Translations under genes and position numbers: made by a program
DNA from: Salinivirgaceae bacterium
GTDB taxonomy: Bacteria; Bacteroidota; Bacteroidia; Bacteroidales; SZUA-534
Length of the DNA: 64,000 bases
Direction of reading: 5' to 3'
Assembly (NCBI GenBank): GCA_024405635.1
Contig: JAKSOL010000014.1
Coordinates: forward strand, 1 to 64,000
Shown here: piece by piece, positions 56,024 through 64,000 of the stretch
How the letters are laid out: every line of letters starts with the position of its first letter
How positions within the stretch are numbered: the stretch's first letter is position 1
The notes under the pieces: model-generated
What the model saw: only the letters and a program-made list of their open reading frames with translations
Database searches by the model: none
What the model was told of the DNA's origin: nothing

Positions 56024-57982
56024 ATGAGCGAAGAAGTAAAAACTCAACAGAATCAAGAGTATGGAGCAGATAGCATTCAAGTGCTTGAAGGCTTGGAAGC
56101 AGTTCGCAAACGCCCTGCGATGTATATTGGCGATATTGGTGTAAAAGGCTTGCACCATTTGGTATATGAGGTTGTAGATAACTCAATTGACGAGGCTTTG
56201 GCAGGTTTCTGCAACACAATTGAAGTGTCAATCAACCCCGATAATTCAATTACAGTAAAAGATAACGGACGCGGTATCCCAACCGACAAAATGCAAAAAG
56301 GCGGCAAATCGGCCCTTGAGGTAGTTATGACTGTGTTGCACGCTGGTGGTAAGTTCAATAAAGATACGTACAAGGTTTCTGGTGGTTTGCACGGTGTAGG
56401 TGTATCGTGCGTAAACGCATTGTCTGTAATGTTGCGTGCCGAAGTTCATCGCGACGGTCAAGTGTTTGAGCAAACCTTCTCAAAAGGAACTCCAACTTGC
56501 GAGGTTCATGTTATTGGCCAATGTGCCGACACTGGTACAATTATAACATTTAAGCCCGATGGCTCAATTTTTGCCGATACAGTTTATCAGTATAACATCC
56601 TTGCAGCTCGTATGCGCGAGTTGGCTTACCTAAACAAAGGCATCACAATCTCGTTGTCAGACCTTCGCCCAGATGAAGAGGGCAACACCAAAACCGAAAC
56701 ATTCCATTCTGACGAGGGATTAGTTGAGTTTGTTAAATATCTTGATACAAACCGCACACCTATTATCGAAGGATTTCAGCCTATCAGCATTGTAAATACA
56801 AAAGGCGAAGTGCCAGTTGAGATTGCAATGACATACAATAATGGCTATTCTGAAAGCGTATTGTCATACGTGAATAATATTCACACCATTGAAGGCGGTA
56901 CACACCTAACAGGTTTCCGTACAGCATTGACTCGCGTTTTGAAAAAATATGCCGACGAAAACATGTCGCGCGAACTTGAAAAAGCAAAAGTAGAAGTTAC
57001 AGGCGACGACTTTCGCGAGGGCTTGACTGCAGTTATTTCAGTTAAGGTAGCAGAGCCTCAGTTTGAAGGTCAAACAAAAACTAAACTTGGCAATGGTGAG
57101 GTTTCGGGTATTGTGAATCAGGCAGTAGGCGAGGCCTTAAGCATGTATCTTGAAGAGCATCCAAGCGAGGCTAAAGTGATTGTTGGTAAAGTTATTCTTG
57201 CCGCACAAGCTCGTATGGCAGCACAAAAAGCTCGTGCAAGTGTACGAGTAAAATCGCCACTTTCAGGAGGCGGCATGCCAGGAAAACTAACCGATTGTTC
57301 AGATAAAGATCCTGCTGTTCGCGAATTGTTCTTGGTCGAGGGTGATTCGGCAGGTGGTACAGCTAAACAAGCTCGCGACCGCCACTTCCAAGCAATTTTG
57401 CCACTTCGAGGAAAAATTCTAAACGTAGAAAAAGCTATTCGCCACCGCGTGTTCGATAGCGAAGAGGTTCGTAATATTTACACCGCTCTTGGTGTTAAGA
57501 TTGATGTAAATGGCAATTTAGACTTGAGCGGAGTGCGCTACCACAAGGTTATTATTATGACCGATGCCGACGTTGATGGTAGCCACATTGCTACACTTAT
57601 TATGACACTATTCTTCCGCTATATGCGTGAGGTAATTGAGTGCGGATACTTGTATATTGCAACTCCACCATTGTACTTGGTAAAGAAAGGCAATCAGCAA
57701 CGTTACTGCTGGGACGAGATGCAACGTCGCCAGGCAATTGATGAAATGGGCGGTGGCGATGAAAATAAGGTCCATGTTCAACGATACAAAGGTTTGGGTG
57801 AGATGAACGAAATACAGTTGCGTGACACAACAATGTCGCCTGAAAATCGTACACTTCGCCAAGTAACAATAGAAAACGCTGCAGAAGCCGACTACATCTT
57901 CTCAATGCTTATGGGCGACGATGTTCCTTTGCGTCGTGACTTTATTGAAAAGAATGCTAAGTACGCTAACATTGATGCTTAA
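56024..57982 (+). CDS. gyrB: DNA gyrase subunit B
   Basis: LEAVRKRPAMYIG, EVVDNSIDE, SGGLHGVG, VEGDSAGG, PLRGK, DADVDG and QRYKGLGEM motifs. Confidence 0.98.
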   Translation: MSEEVKTQQNQEYGADSIQVLEGLEAVRKRPAMYIGDIGVKGLHHLVYEVVDNSIDEALAGFCNTIEVSINPDNSITVKDNGRGIPTDKMQKGGKSALEVVMTVLHAGGKFNKDTYKVSGGLHGVGVSCVNALSVMLRAEVHRDGQVFEQTFSKGTPTCEVHVIGQCADTGTIITFKPDGSIFADTVYQYNILAARMRELAYLNKGITISLSDLRPDEEGNTKTETFHSDEGLVEFVKYLDTNRTPIIEGFQPISIVNTKGEVPVEIAMTYNNGYSESVLSYVNNIHTIEGGTHLTGFRTALTRVLKKYADENMSRELEKAKVEVTGDDFREGLTAVISVKVAEPQFEGQTKTKLGNGEVSGIVNQAVGEALSMYLEEHPSEAKVIVGKVILAAQARMAAQKARASVRVKSPLSGGGMPGKLTDCSDKDPAVRELFLVEGDSAGGTAKQARDRHFQAILPLRGKILNVEKAIRHRVFDSEEVRNIYTALGVKIDVNGNLDLSGVRYHKVIIMTDADVDGSHIATLIMTLFFRYMREVIECGYLYIATPPLYLVKKGNQQRYCWDEMQRRQAIDEMGGGDENKVHVQRYKGLGEMNEIQLRDTTMSPENRTLRQVTIENAAEADYIFSMLMGDDVPLRRDFIEKNAKYANIDA

Positions 57983-58012
57983 ATAGTTGTTTTTTATAAC
58001 TTTCTTTGTTTG

Positions 58013-58048
58013 TCAGCCTACAGATTTCTGTGGGCTGATTTTTTTTTT
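58013..58048 (+). terminator. Intrinsic terminator after gyrB
   Basis: TCAGCCTACAGA-TT-TCTGTGGGCTGA followed by a long T run. Confidence 0.8.
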
Positions 58049-58049
58049 G

Positions 58050-58491
58050 TATTACAATAAAGTGTAATTAACAAAAACAAAGCTTTGAGTTAAAGTTGTT
58101 CATAACCACAATTTGTCGAATTTGGATTTTCAACAGATGAAAAAAATGTATATATATTTATGTTGATAACCCAAAATTATTAACAATCAGTTACTTCGGT
58201 TTTGAGGCCAAAAAAGCAATTATTCAATACTAAAAAAAGAAGAAAAAAAGTACTTAAAGTACTTGCATTTTTACAAAAGCTTGAAATTGAGTTTATTAAA
58301 TCGTTTTGCTTGTAATAAATTGATAATCAGCTTTTTGTAAAAAATGTTAATTTTTTTTGAAACGCAAAATGCTGATATATAAAAGCATATATCGGTAATG
58401 AAAAATGCAATTATAAAAGCCGTTTTTTTTGAAGTTTTTTTTTAACAAAATTGCATCGTTAACAACAGAAAACCCAAATTTTTGATTTTCA
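58050..58491. promoter_or_regulatory. AT-rich dnaA upstream region with degenerate DnaA-box-like repeats (oriC candidate or dnaA autoregulatory region)
   Basis: TGTTCATAA 58097, TTTTCAACA 58127, TGTTGATAA 58161 and TTATTAACA 58177, each 1-2 mismatches from TTATCCACA or its reverse complement. Confidence 0.45.
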
Positions 58492-59919
58492 ATGAATAAA
58501 GATTTAAAACAAGCATGGAGTGAGTGCATGCGCATTTTTAAGGACAACCTTTCGGCTGTAGTTTATTCAACTTGGTTTGAAACAATAACCCCATTGAGTT
58601 TGGATGGTAACAACTTGACTCTGCAAATACCTAGCCAATTTTTCTACGAGTATTTGGAGGAGAATTACATTGACATAATGAGTAAAACTTTACGTCATGT
58701 GTTTGGTCCAGAGGTTAAGTTGCATTATTCAATTATGATGGAGAATAACAACCATATTAAGGCAACTCCAAGAGTTGAATATCCATCAATAAACAAGGTG
58801 AATGTTGATAATCGCCAAATGCCAATACCACATCCACAAGGAAAAGATTATCCTAGTGTGTACACAATGCCAGGCTTGAAAAAAATCAGCATCAATCCTA
58901 ACCTTAAACAAGAACTTACCTTTGATAATTATATTGAAGGTGAGTGCAATAAGTTGGCTCGTTCGGCTGGTTTTGCTGTGGCATGCAATCCTGGCAAAAC
59001 ATCATTTAATCCTTTATTCATTTATGGCGACTCTGGTTTGGGCAAAACTCACTTGGCTCAAGCTATTGGCATTGAAACCAAAAAACGTTTTTCTGATAAG
59101 ATTGTACTTTATGTAACTGCTAATCAGTTCCAAAATCAATATACCAACGCTGTTATTAATAAAGAGCTACCTGATTTCATTCATTACTATCAAATGATTG
59201 ATGTGCTTATTATTGACGACGTGCATGAGTTTATTGGTAAAGAAAAAACGCAAGAAACTTTCTTCCAAATATTCAACTATCTACATCAAAATGGCCGTCA
59301 GTTGATTCTTACTAGCGACAAGGCTCCTGTTGATATGCAAGGTATGATGGACCGTTTGATTTCTCGTTTCAAATGGGGATTGATTGCTGACCTTCAGGTT
59401 CCTGATTATGAAACTCGTTTGGATATTTTGAAACGCAAAGTATATAACGATGGTATTCAAGAAATAAGCGACAATGTGCTTGAATACGTTGCTTTGCATG
59501 TGTCAACTAACGTTCGTGAGCTTGAGGGCGCGTTAATTTCGCTTATGGCGCAATCAATTCTTAACAAGCATGCAATTACAATGGATTTGGCCAAACAACA
59601 AATCGATAAATTGGTTAAGAACACATCGCGCGAGTTGAGCATCGATTATATTCAGAAAATTGTTTGCGATTACTTTGATTTGCCATCGGAGGCAATTACT
59701 TCAAAAACTCGTAAGCGTGAGATTGTTCAAGCCCGTCAAATTGCAATGTACTTTGCTAAAAATAAAACCAAATTATCGTTGGCAACCATTGGTTCTCAAA
59801 TTGGAGGCAAAGATCATGCAACTGTGCTTCATGCTTGCAAAACAGTAAACAACTTGATTGATACTGATCGCCAATTCAAGAATTATATTGAGGAGATTGA
59901 GCGTAAATTGAAATCTTAA
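58492..59919 (+). CDS. dnaA: Chromosomal replication initiator DnaA
   Basis: FNPLFIYGDSGLGKTHL, LIIDDV, NVRELEGAL, ARQIAMY and GGKDHATVLHAC motifs. Confidence 0.98.
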   Translation: MNKDLKQAWSECMRIFKDNLSAVVYSTWFETITPLSLDGNNLTLQIPSQFFYEYLEENYIDIMSKTLRHVFGPEVKLHYSIMMENNNHIKATPRVEYPSINKVNVDNRQMPIPHPQGKDYPSVYTMPGLKKISINPNLKQELTFDNYIEGECNKLARSAGFAVACNPGKTSFNPLFIYGDSGLGKTHLAQAIGIETKKRFSDKIVLYVTANQFQNQYTNAVINKELPDFIHYYQMIDVLIIDDVHEFIGKEKTQETFFQIFNYLHQNGRQLILTSDKAPVDMQGMMDRLISRFKWGLIADLQVPDYETRLDILKRKVYNDGIQEISDNVLEYVALHVSTNVRELEGALISLMAQSILNKHAITMDLAKQQIDKLVKNTSRELSIDYIQKIVCDYFDLPSEAITSKTRKREIVQARQIAMYFAKNKTKLSLATIGSQIGGKDHATVLHACKTVNNLIDTDRQFKNYIEEIERKLKS

Positions 59920-59941
59920 ATAACTTATAATCAATAGAGTT

Positions 59942-59977
59942 AAACGGTGTTGCAGATTTTGCAATGCCGTTTTTTTT
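59942..59977 (+). terminator. Intrinsic terminator after dnaA
   Basis: AAACGGTGTTGCA-GATTT-TGCAATGCCGTTTTTTTT. Confidence 0.75.
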
Positions 59978-60060
59978 GCCTGAAACCGAAAGTTAGTTAC
60001 TCTAAAGTAGAGTGTTGGAATTTATTTAACACACGTTGCCGTTGACTAACGCATGCTATG

Positions 60061-62295
60061 TTATAAATCAATTGTTAAGCCTAACTCAATAGTGAAAGGT
60101 CTGATGAACGTGCCCGACATTAAATAGTTCTTGTACTCTGAAGCATCTTCAACAAGGTCGGCAGAGCTGAGGTTGCCGCTAGCTCCCTTTTGGTTCAATA
60201 TGTTAATTACGTTAAGACTCAGTTTTAGTTTGTCGTTTGGTGTATAGTCGGCACCGCCAAAGGTTTCAAATCGACCTTTAAAGTAGAGCGAGTTTGTTTT
60301 GTTGGCATATTGTCGGCTTATGTACCTTGTGCTGAGCCAAAGTCGCCAATCGCCGAATGAGTATGAAGGGTCGCAGGTTATTTCCACCTTATGTAGGTTT
60401 GTTACGTTTTTGCCACTGAAGTCGTGAATTTCAGTTACACCATCGGAAAAGGTTGGCGAGAATACAAAATCTTTGTATTGCGGATTTCTGATGGTTAACT
60501 GCATGTGAATGTTAAGACCTTTGGCTGGGGTTATCATGGCATCGGTCATCCAACCTAGCGACGATATGCCGTAGGTTAGCGGCAGTGTAACCGATTCGGT
60601 GAATCCTGCTGGATATCCTCCCGATTCCTTTAGCAACTGATGGTGAAATACCGACCTGGAGTTGTAGTTGCTTTGGCTAATGTAATTTATCTGCGATAGA
60701 ACGTTTATCCAACTGTTTTGGTACGAGAAACCGAAACGAGCTAGATAAGTGTCGGTTGGTGCTGTCGAAGGATCGTAAAATCCACCATAGTTGAATATGT
60801 TGGAGTGGATTCGGGTAAAGGTAAAATCGGCTTGGGCACTAAATCCATTTACAATGCGGTAAAGCATTTTGCCGCCAAATGCGCCATTAAGGTATTTTTC
60901 GTCAAACGATGTAATTTTTCCCAAAGTTAGGTTGAATCCTGGGTAGCGAGTGTTGCTTTTGTCGTTGCCAATGTTGTTTGCCGATTTGCCGTTGATAGAA
61001 AGTCGTTCGATGCGTATAAAGGCATCAATGTCAAGCCTTTGACTAGCTTTCCAACTATCGTTTAAGTAAGCAGCCAACTTTTTTTCGTGGCCGTTGTAGT
61101 ATTCAGCGGCAGTGTTAAAGTTGTAGAACTTGTCGCCTTTAAAGTAAAGTAGTTCAGGGTCGGTAGCCACTACGTGTGCAAAAATGGCCGACGATGAAAC
61201 CGTTCCGCCGTGGTTAAGGTTTAGGTCGATGCCTGCACGAAGTTTGTGGTTCTCTTTATTCCAATCTAGTTCTACATTATTTATCCACGACGATTCAAAT
61301 GTGTCAAAGTGGAGTAGGTTGCGTTTTTGAACTGAACCAATGTAAACATCGCCATTGGCAAGTGTGTAACCCGATTCGGCTGTAGCATTGTCGATGCCTG
61401 CTAGAGTTCCAGCTCCTCGTACCGATGTACCGTCCTTCAATCGACTTTTAAAGCTTAGCTTGGCGCCGTTGGTAAAGTCGAAATCGAGTTTATAGGTCAA
61501 GTGGTTCGATTTGTCGCGGTTGCCGTCTTTTAGGCTCATTGTCGCCATTTCGCCAGACATAAAGTCCATATACTCAATATTGTTCAGTATTGGGCGGTAC
61601 GAGTCGCGGCCTATGTTGAAACCTTTGTAAAGTTTTACGCTGCCGTCGCCTACAAAAAGAAAAGGACCATAGTTTTCTTGTATGCTCAAAAAGTCAACAT
61701 GTTGATACACAAGCGCCATTTTGCCTTTTCCTTCAGCAAAACCAAACGATAGTACGCCTTTGTAAAATTGGTGGCGGTCTTTAATTTTTGGGTCAATGCA
61801 GTGGTTCGATCCTGGATCGATATTTTGGTAAGTACTTATTGAATATTGCACTCCGCCAGCAATAGGACCCGAAATGTTGGCATCAATCTTGTGTTGCCCA
61901 TATTGTCCCAGTGTGTAGCTGACTGTTCCTTGCAAGTTATCGCTTCCAACGCGGTTGTAACTATCAATGTAGTTGTTTATTTCGCCATAACGCATGGCTG
62001 TTTCCATTGGTCCAATGGAGCCTGTTTTGATTGCGCTTGCGCCACCATGCCACGATTTGTAGGGAAACAAGTGGTATATGTAGTACGACACAGGCAGGCC
62101 ATCTTCAAATATCTGAACTGCTGACGAACTATTGGTGGGTAATCCGAGCGATACTTCGCGAGGCTTGCTGTCCGATGCTGCATTCAGAAATATGGCGCTG
62201 TTTTGCTTTTCGGGTGTCTTAATAGAGTCTTCTGCCACTTGAGCGTGTGTGCTCATTGCAGAAATTAAACATGCGAAAAGGGCAGTTTTTTTCAT
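60061..62295 (-). CDS. TonB-dependent receptor-like outer-membrane protein with divergent plug
   Basis: Signal peptide, NAASDSKPREVSLGLP..IFEDGLPV, beta-strands, NILNQKG and terminal IRPFTIELGLTIDL. Confidence 0.8.
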   Translation of the reverse strand: MKKTALFACLISAMSTHAQVAEDSIKTPEKQNSAIFLNAASDSKPREVSLGLPTNSSSAVQIFEDGLPVSYYIYHLFPYKSWHGGASAIKTGSIGPMETAMRYGEINNYIDSYNRVGSDNLQGTVSYTLGQYGQHKIDANISGPIAGGVQYSISTYQNIDPGSNHCIDPKIKDRHQFYKGVLSFGFAEGKGKMALVYQHVDFLSIQENYGPFLFVGDGSVKLYKGFNIGRDSYRPILNNIEYMDFMSGEMATMSLKDGNRDKSNHLTYKLDFDFTNGAKLSFKSRLKDGTSVRGAGTLAGIDNATAESGYTLANGDVYIGSVQKRNLLHFDTFESSWINNVELDWNKENHKLRAGIDLNLNHGGTVSSSAIFAHVVATDPELLYFKGDKFYNFNTAAEYYNGHEKKLAAYLNDSWKASQRLDIDAFIRIERLSINGKSANNIGNDKSNTRYPGFNLTLGKITSFDEKYLNGAFGGKMLYRIVNGFSAQADFTFTRIHSNIFNYGGFYDPSTAPTDTYLARFGFSYQNSWINVLSQINYISQSNYNSRSVFHHQLLKESGGYPAGFTESVTLPLTYGISSLGWMTDAMITPAKGLNIHMQLTIRNPQYKDFVFSPTFSDGVTEIHDFSGKNVTNLHKVEITCDPSYSFGDWRLWLSTRYISRQYANKTNSLYFKGRFETFGGADYTPNDKLKLSLNVINILNQKGASGNLSSADLVEDASEYKNYLMSGTFIRPFTIELGLTIDL

Positions 62296-62581
62296 TTTTA
62301 TTGTTTGGCCAAATGTATTTAGGTGGTTTGTGGGTTATCTGTTTGCTTATTATTGAGAACAAGTGCATGTTATGCGATAAATCGCTTGTTTGGTACTTCT
62401 TCTAGTGAATAAATGTAACTGATAACTTATTGGCAAAGTACGTGTTTTTTTTTAGTTCCTAAAAAGGAACAACAGGCAAAAGAAAGTTTTTTCGAAAAAA
62501 AATTGAGGGTAACCATTGTTTGTAGTAAATCCACAATTTTGTAATACTCCATATTGTTATTGCAACGGCAAAAGGCAAATT

Positions 62582-63202
62582 TTACAGGCATTGGTCTTTT
62601 GCTCGGCATACCAAATCGGCCATGCTTTTAGCATTGAGTTTTATGCGAAGGTTGCGCAAGTAATCGTGAATGGTGTCAAAACTAAGGTCGAGTTTTGCGG
62701 CAATTTCTTTGGTTGAAAGTCCGTCAACAACAAGGTGAAGCACTTCGCGCTCGCGGCGAGTGAGCGATGGAACTTGCATGGGTGCCGATTCAAGTTGCGA
62801 TTGGGCTTCGGGTGATATAAAAAACTGTCCGTTGGCAATTAGATGTACGCCTTTGGCAATAATGCCAGAACTATTGCTCTTGAGCATGTAGCCCGACACT
62901 CCAGCGTTAAGTGCTCTGCGAATAACCGAAGGCTCGGTAAACGATGTCAACATTGCTATTTTAAGAGTGGGGTATTGTTGCCTGATTTTTGAAACAATGT
63001 CGATGCTGTTGCCGTCGGGTAGTTGCACATCTAGTAGCAGAACATCGGCTTGTTGCTCAGAAAGTATATCGAGGCATTGCAGAATGGTGTTTGCTGTTCC
63101 AACAACTTTTAGCCCATCGGTGTTGTTTAGGCAGTTTTTTAAGCCATCAACAAGAAGGTTGTGGTCGTCGGCAATAATGATGCGGCTTATTTGTTTGTTC
63201 AT
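62582..63202 (-). CDS. NarL/LuxR-family response regulator
   Basis: IADDH, LLDVQLPD and MLK in the receiver domain; LTRREREVL...GLSTKEIA helix-turn-helix. Confidence 0.93.
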   Translation of the reverse strand: MNKQISRIIIADDHNLLVDGLKNCLNNTDGLKVVGTANTILQCLDILSEQQADVLLLDVQLPDGNSIDIVSKIRQQYPTLKIAMLTSFTEPSVIRRALNAGVSGYMLKSNSSGIIAKGVHLIANGQFFISPEAQSQLESAPMQVPSLTRREREVLHLVVDGLSTKEIAAKLDLSFDTIHDYLRNLRIKLNAKSMADLVCRAKDQCL

Positions 63203-64000
63203 AAGTTGTGGTTAATGGTTATTAGTATTTCGGTTCCTTCGCCAAGTTTGCTATCAACCGACATTCGGCCATTATATGCAGCTATGCGTTGGCGTATATT
63301 GCAGAGTCCCATTCCGTTGTTGGCGGTGTCTTGAGTCATTCCGCATCCGTTGTCGCTCACTGTTATCGATATTTGTTTTGAGTCTTGCAAAAGTTGAACA
63401 TCTATGTTGTTTGCGTTGGCATGCTTTAAGGCGTTGTTTACCAATTCGTGGGTTATTAGGTAAAGCATTTTCTCCAGTTCAGGGTTTAGGGCCTTGTATC
63501 CCGACGAAAAGTAGTTTACCGTAGGAGTGCATTGGCAAAAATCGTTGAGTGCGGCATCGAGTCCATCGTGTTGCAAAGCATCGGGCATCAAGTGGTGGGC
63601 CACGCGGCGAAGTTCAGAACGGGCTTTGTCGAGTACGTTGTAGGTTTGAGTTAGACTGTCGGCGGGCATTGTGTCGCTAAGGTGTTGCTGAAACTGCTCA
63701 AGGTTTATTCGCACAGCGGTTAGCATGCTGCCAATTCCGTCGTGTAAGTCGCGGGCAAGTCGTGTACGTTCTTCGGCCTCGCCTGCAATGGTGGCTTGTA
63801 TTTCGGCTAATTTTTTTTCGCTTGCGGCGCGGCGTCGTTGTTGGCGCATCAAGAAAATTGCAAGCAGAGCAACGCAACCAAGCGCAGCTTCAAGTACATA
63901 TCCAATTATATTTATTGTGTGAGCTTGTCGGTTTATTTGTTCCAACGACTCAACTTGAGCAGTCAGCACTTCGTTTTCGCTTTCGCGTTCTTCTTTATGT
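63199..64000 (-). CDS. Sensor histidine kinase (HisKA_3 type); 5' end lies outside the window
   Basis: TM helix, ERTRLARDLHDGIG H-box, ELVNNALKHA, DNGCG and GMGL..I motifs. The frame stays open to the window edge. Confidence 0.92.
   Translation of the reverse strand, partial: HKEERESENEVLTAQVESLEQINRQAHTINIIGYVLEAALGCVALLAIFLMRQQRRRAASEKKLAEIQATIAGEAEERTRLARDLHDGIGSMLTAVRINLEQFQQHLSDTMPADSLTQTYNVLDKARSELRRVAHHLMPDALQHDGLDAALNDFCQCTPTVNYFSSGYKALNPELEKMLYLITHELVNNALKHANANNIDVQLLQDSKQISITVSDNGCGMTQDTANNGMGLCNIRQRIAAYNGRMSVDSKLGEGTEILITINHNL

Noticed and set aside
860-63922. The many 60-200 aa ORFs overlapping longer genes (e.g. 7546..8136, 49384..49854, 53527..54054)
   Set aside because: Antisense or alternate-frame shadows of well-supported genes, with no recognisable motifs.
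1-64000. CRISPR array, cas genes, prophage, integrase or rRNA
   Set aside because: No regularly spaced direct repeats, and no ORF or sequence with matching motifs.

Overview
Core-chromosome window of a Bacteroidota (Bacteroidales-like, probably anaerobic and fibre-associated) genome. The taxon is inferred from T9SS genes, TAnnTTTG promoters, AT-rich translation starts and xylan esterases. Left to right: a large T9SS-secreted BspA/LRR surface-protein gene, split by a frameshift and cut at its C-terminus by a probable IS end; a CBM48 esterase; tRNA-Lys(TTT); purA; a ModF-like ATPase; the ispF-porV-porU/porP-gldJ-murF locus; a three-gene acyltransferase/acyl-AMP ligase/ACP operon; a CAAX protease, ompH and cstA; a TonB receptor-ECF S-TonB receptor-tatA-tatC cluster with a sigma54-type promoter; a secreted dual esterase; a hydrolase-degenerate RelA/SpoT; trpBAEGDCF under a Trp leader-peptide attenuator; SIMPL and aquaporin genes; a tyrA-DAHPS/CM-aroB-aroD-aroA-aroC operon under a mixed Tyr/Phe leader-peptide attenuator; an FtsE-like ATPase, a TPR protein and a beta-barrel protein; gyrB, an AT-rich region with DnaA-box-like repeats, and dnaA; a further TonB receptor; and a NarL-type two-component pair running off the right edge. 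No CRISPR array, prophage or rRNA was seen. The most interesting items are the Tyr/Phe attenuator over the shikimate pathway, the sigma54/TonB/ECF-S/Tat cluster and the stand-alone acyl-ACP/acyltransferase operon. All product calls rest on motif recognition by eye; no database searches were run.
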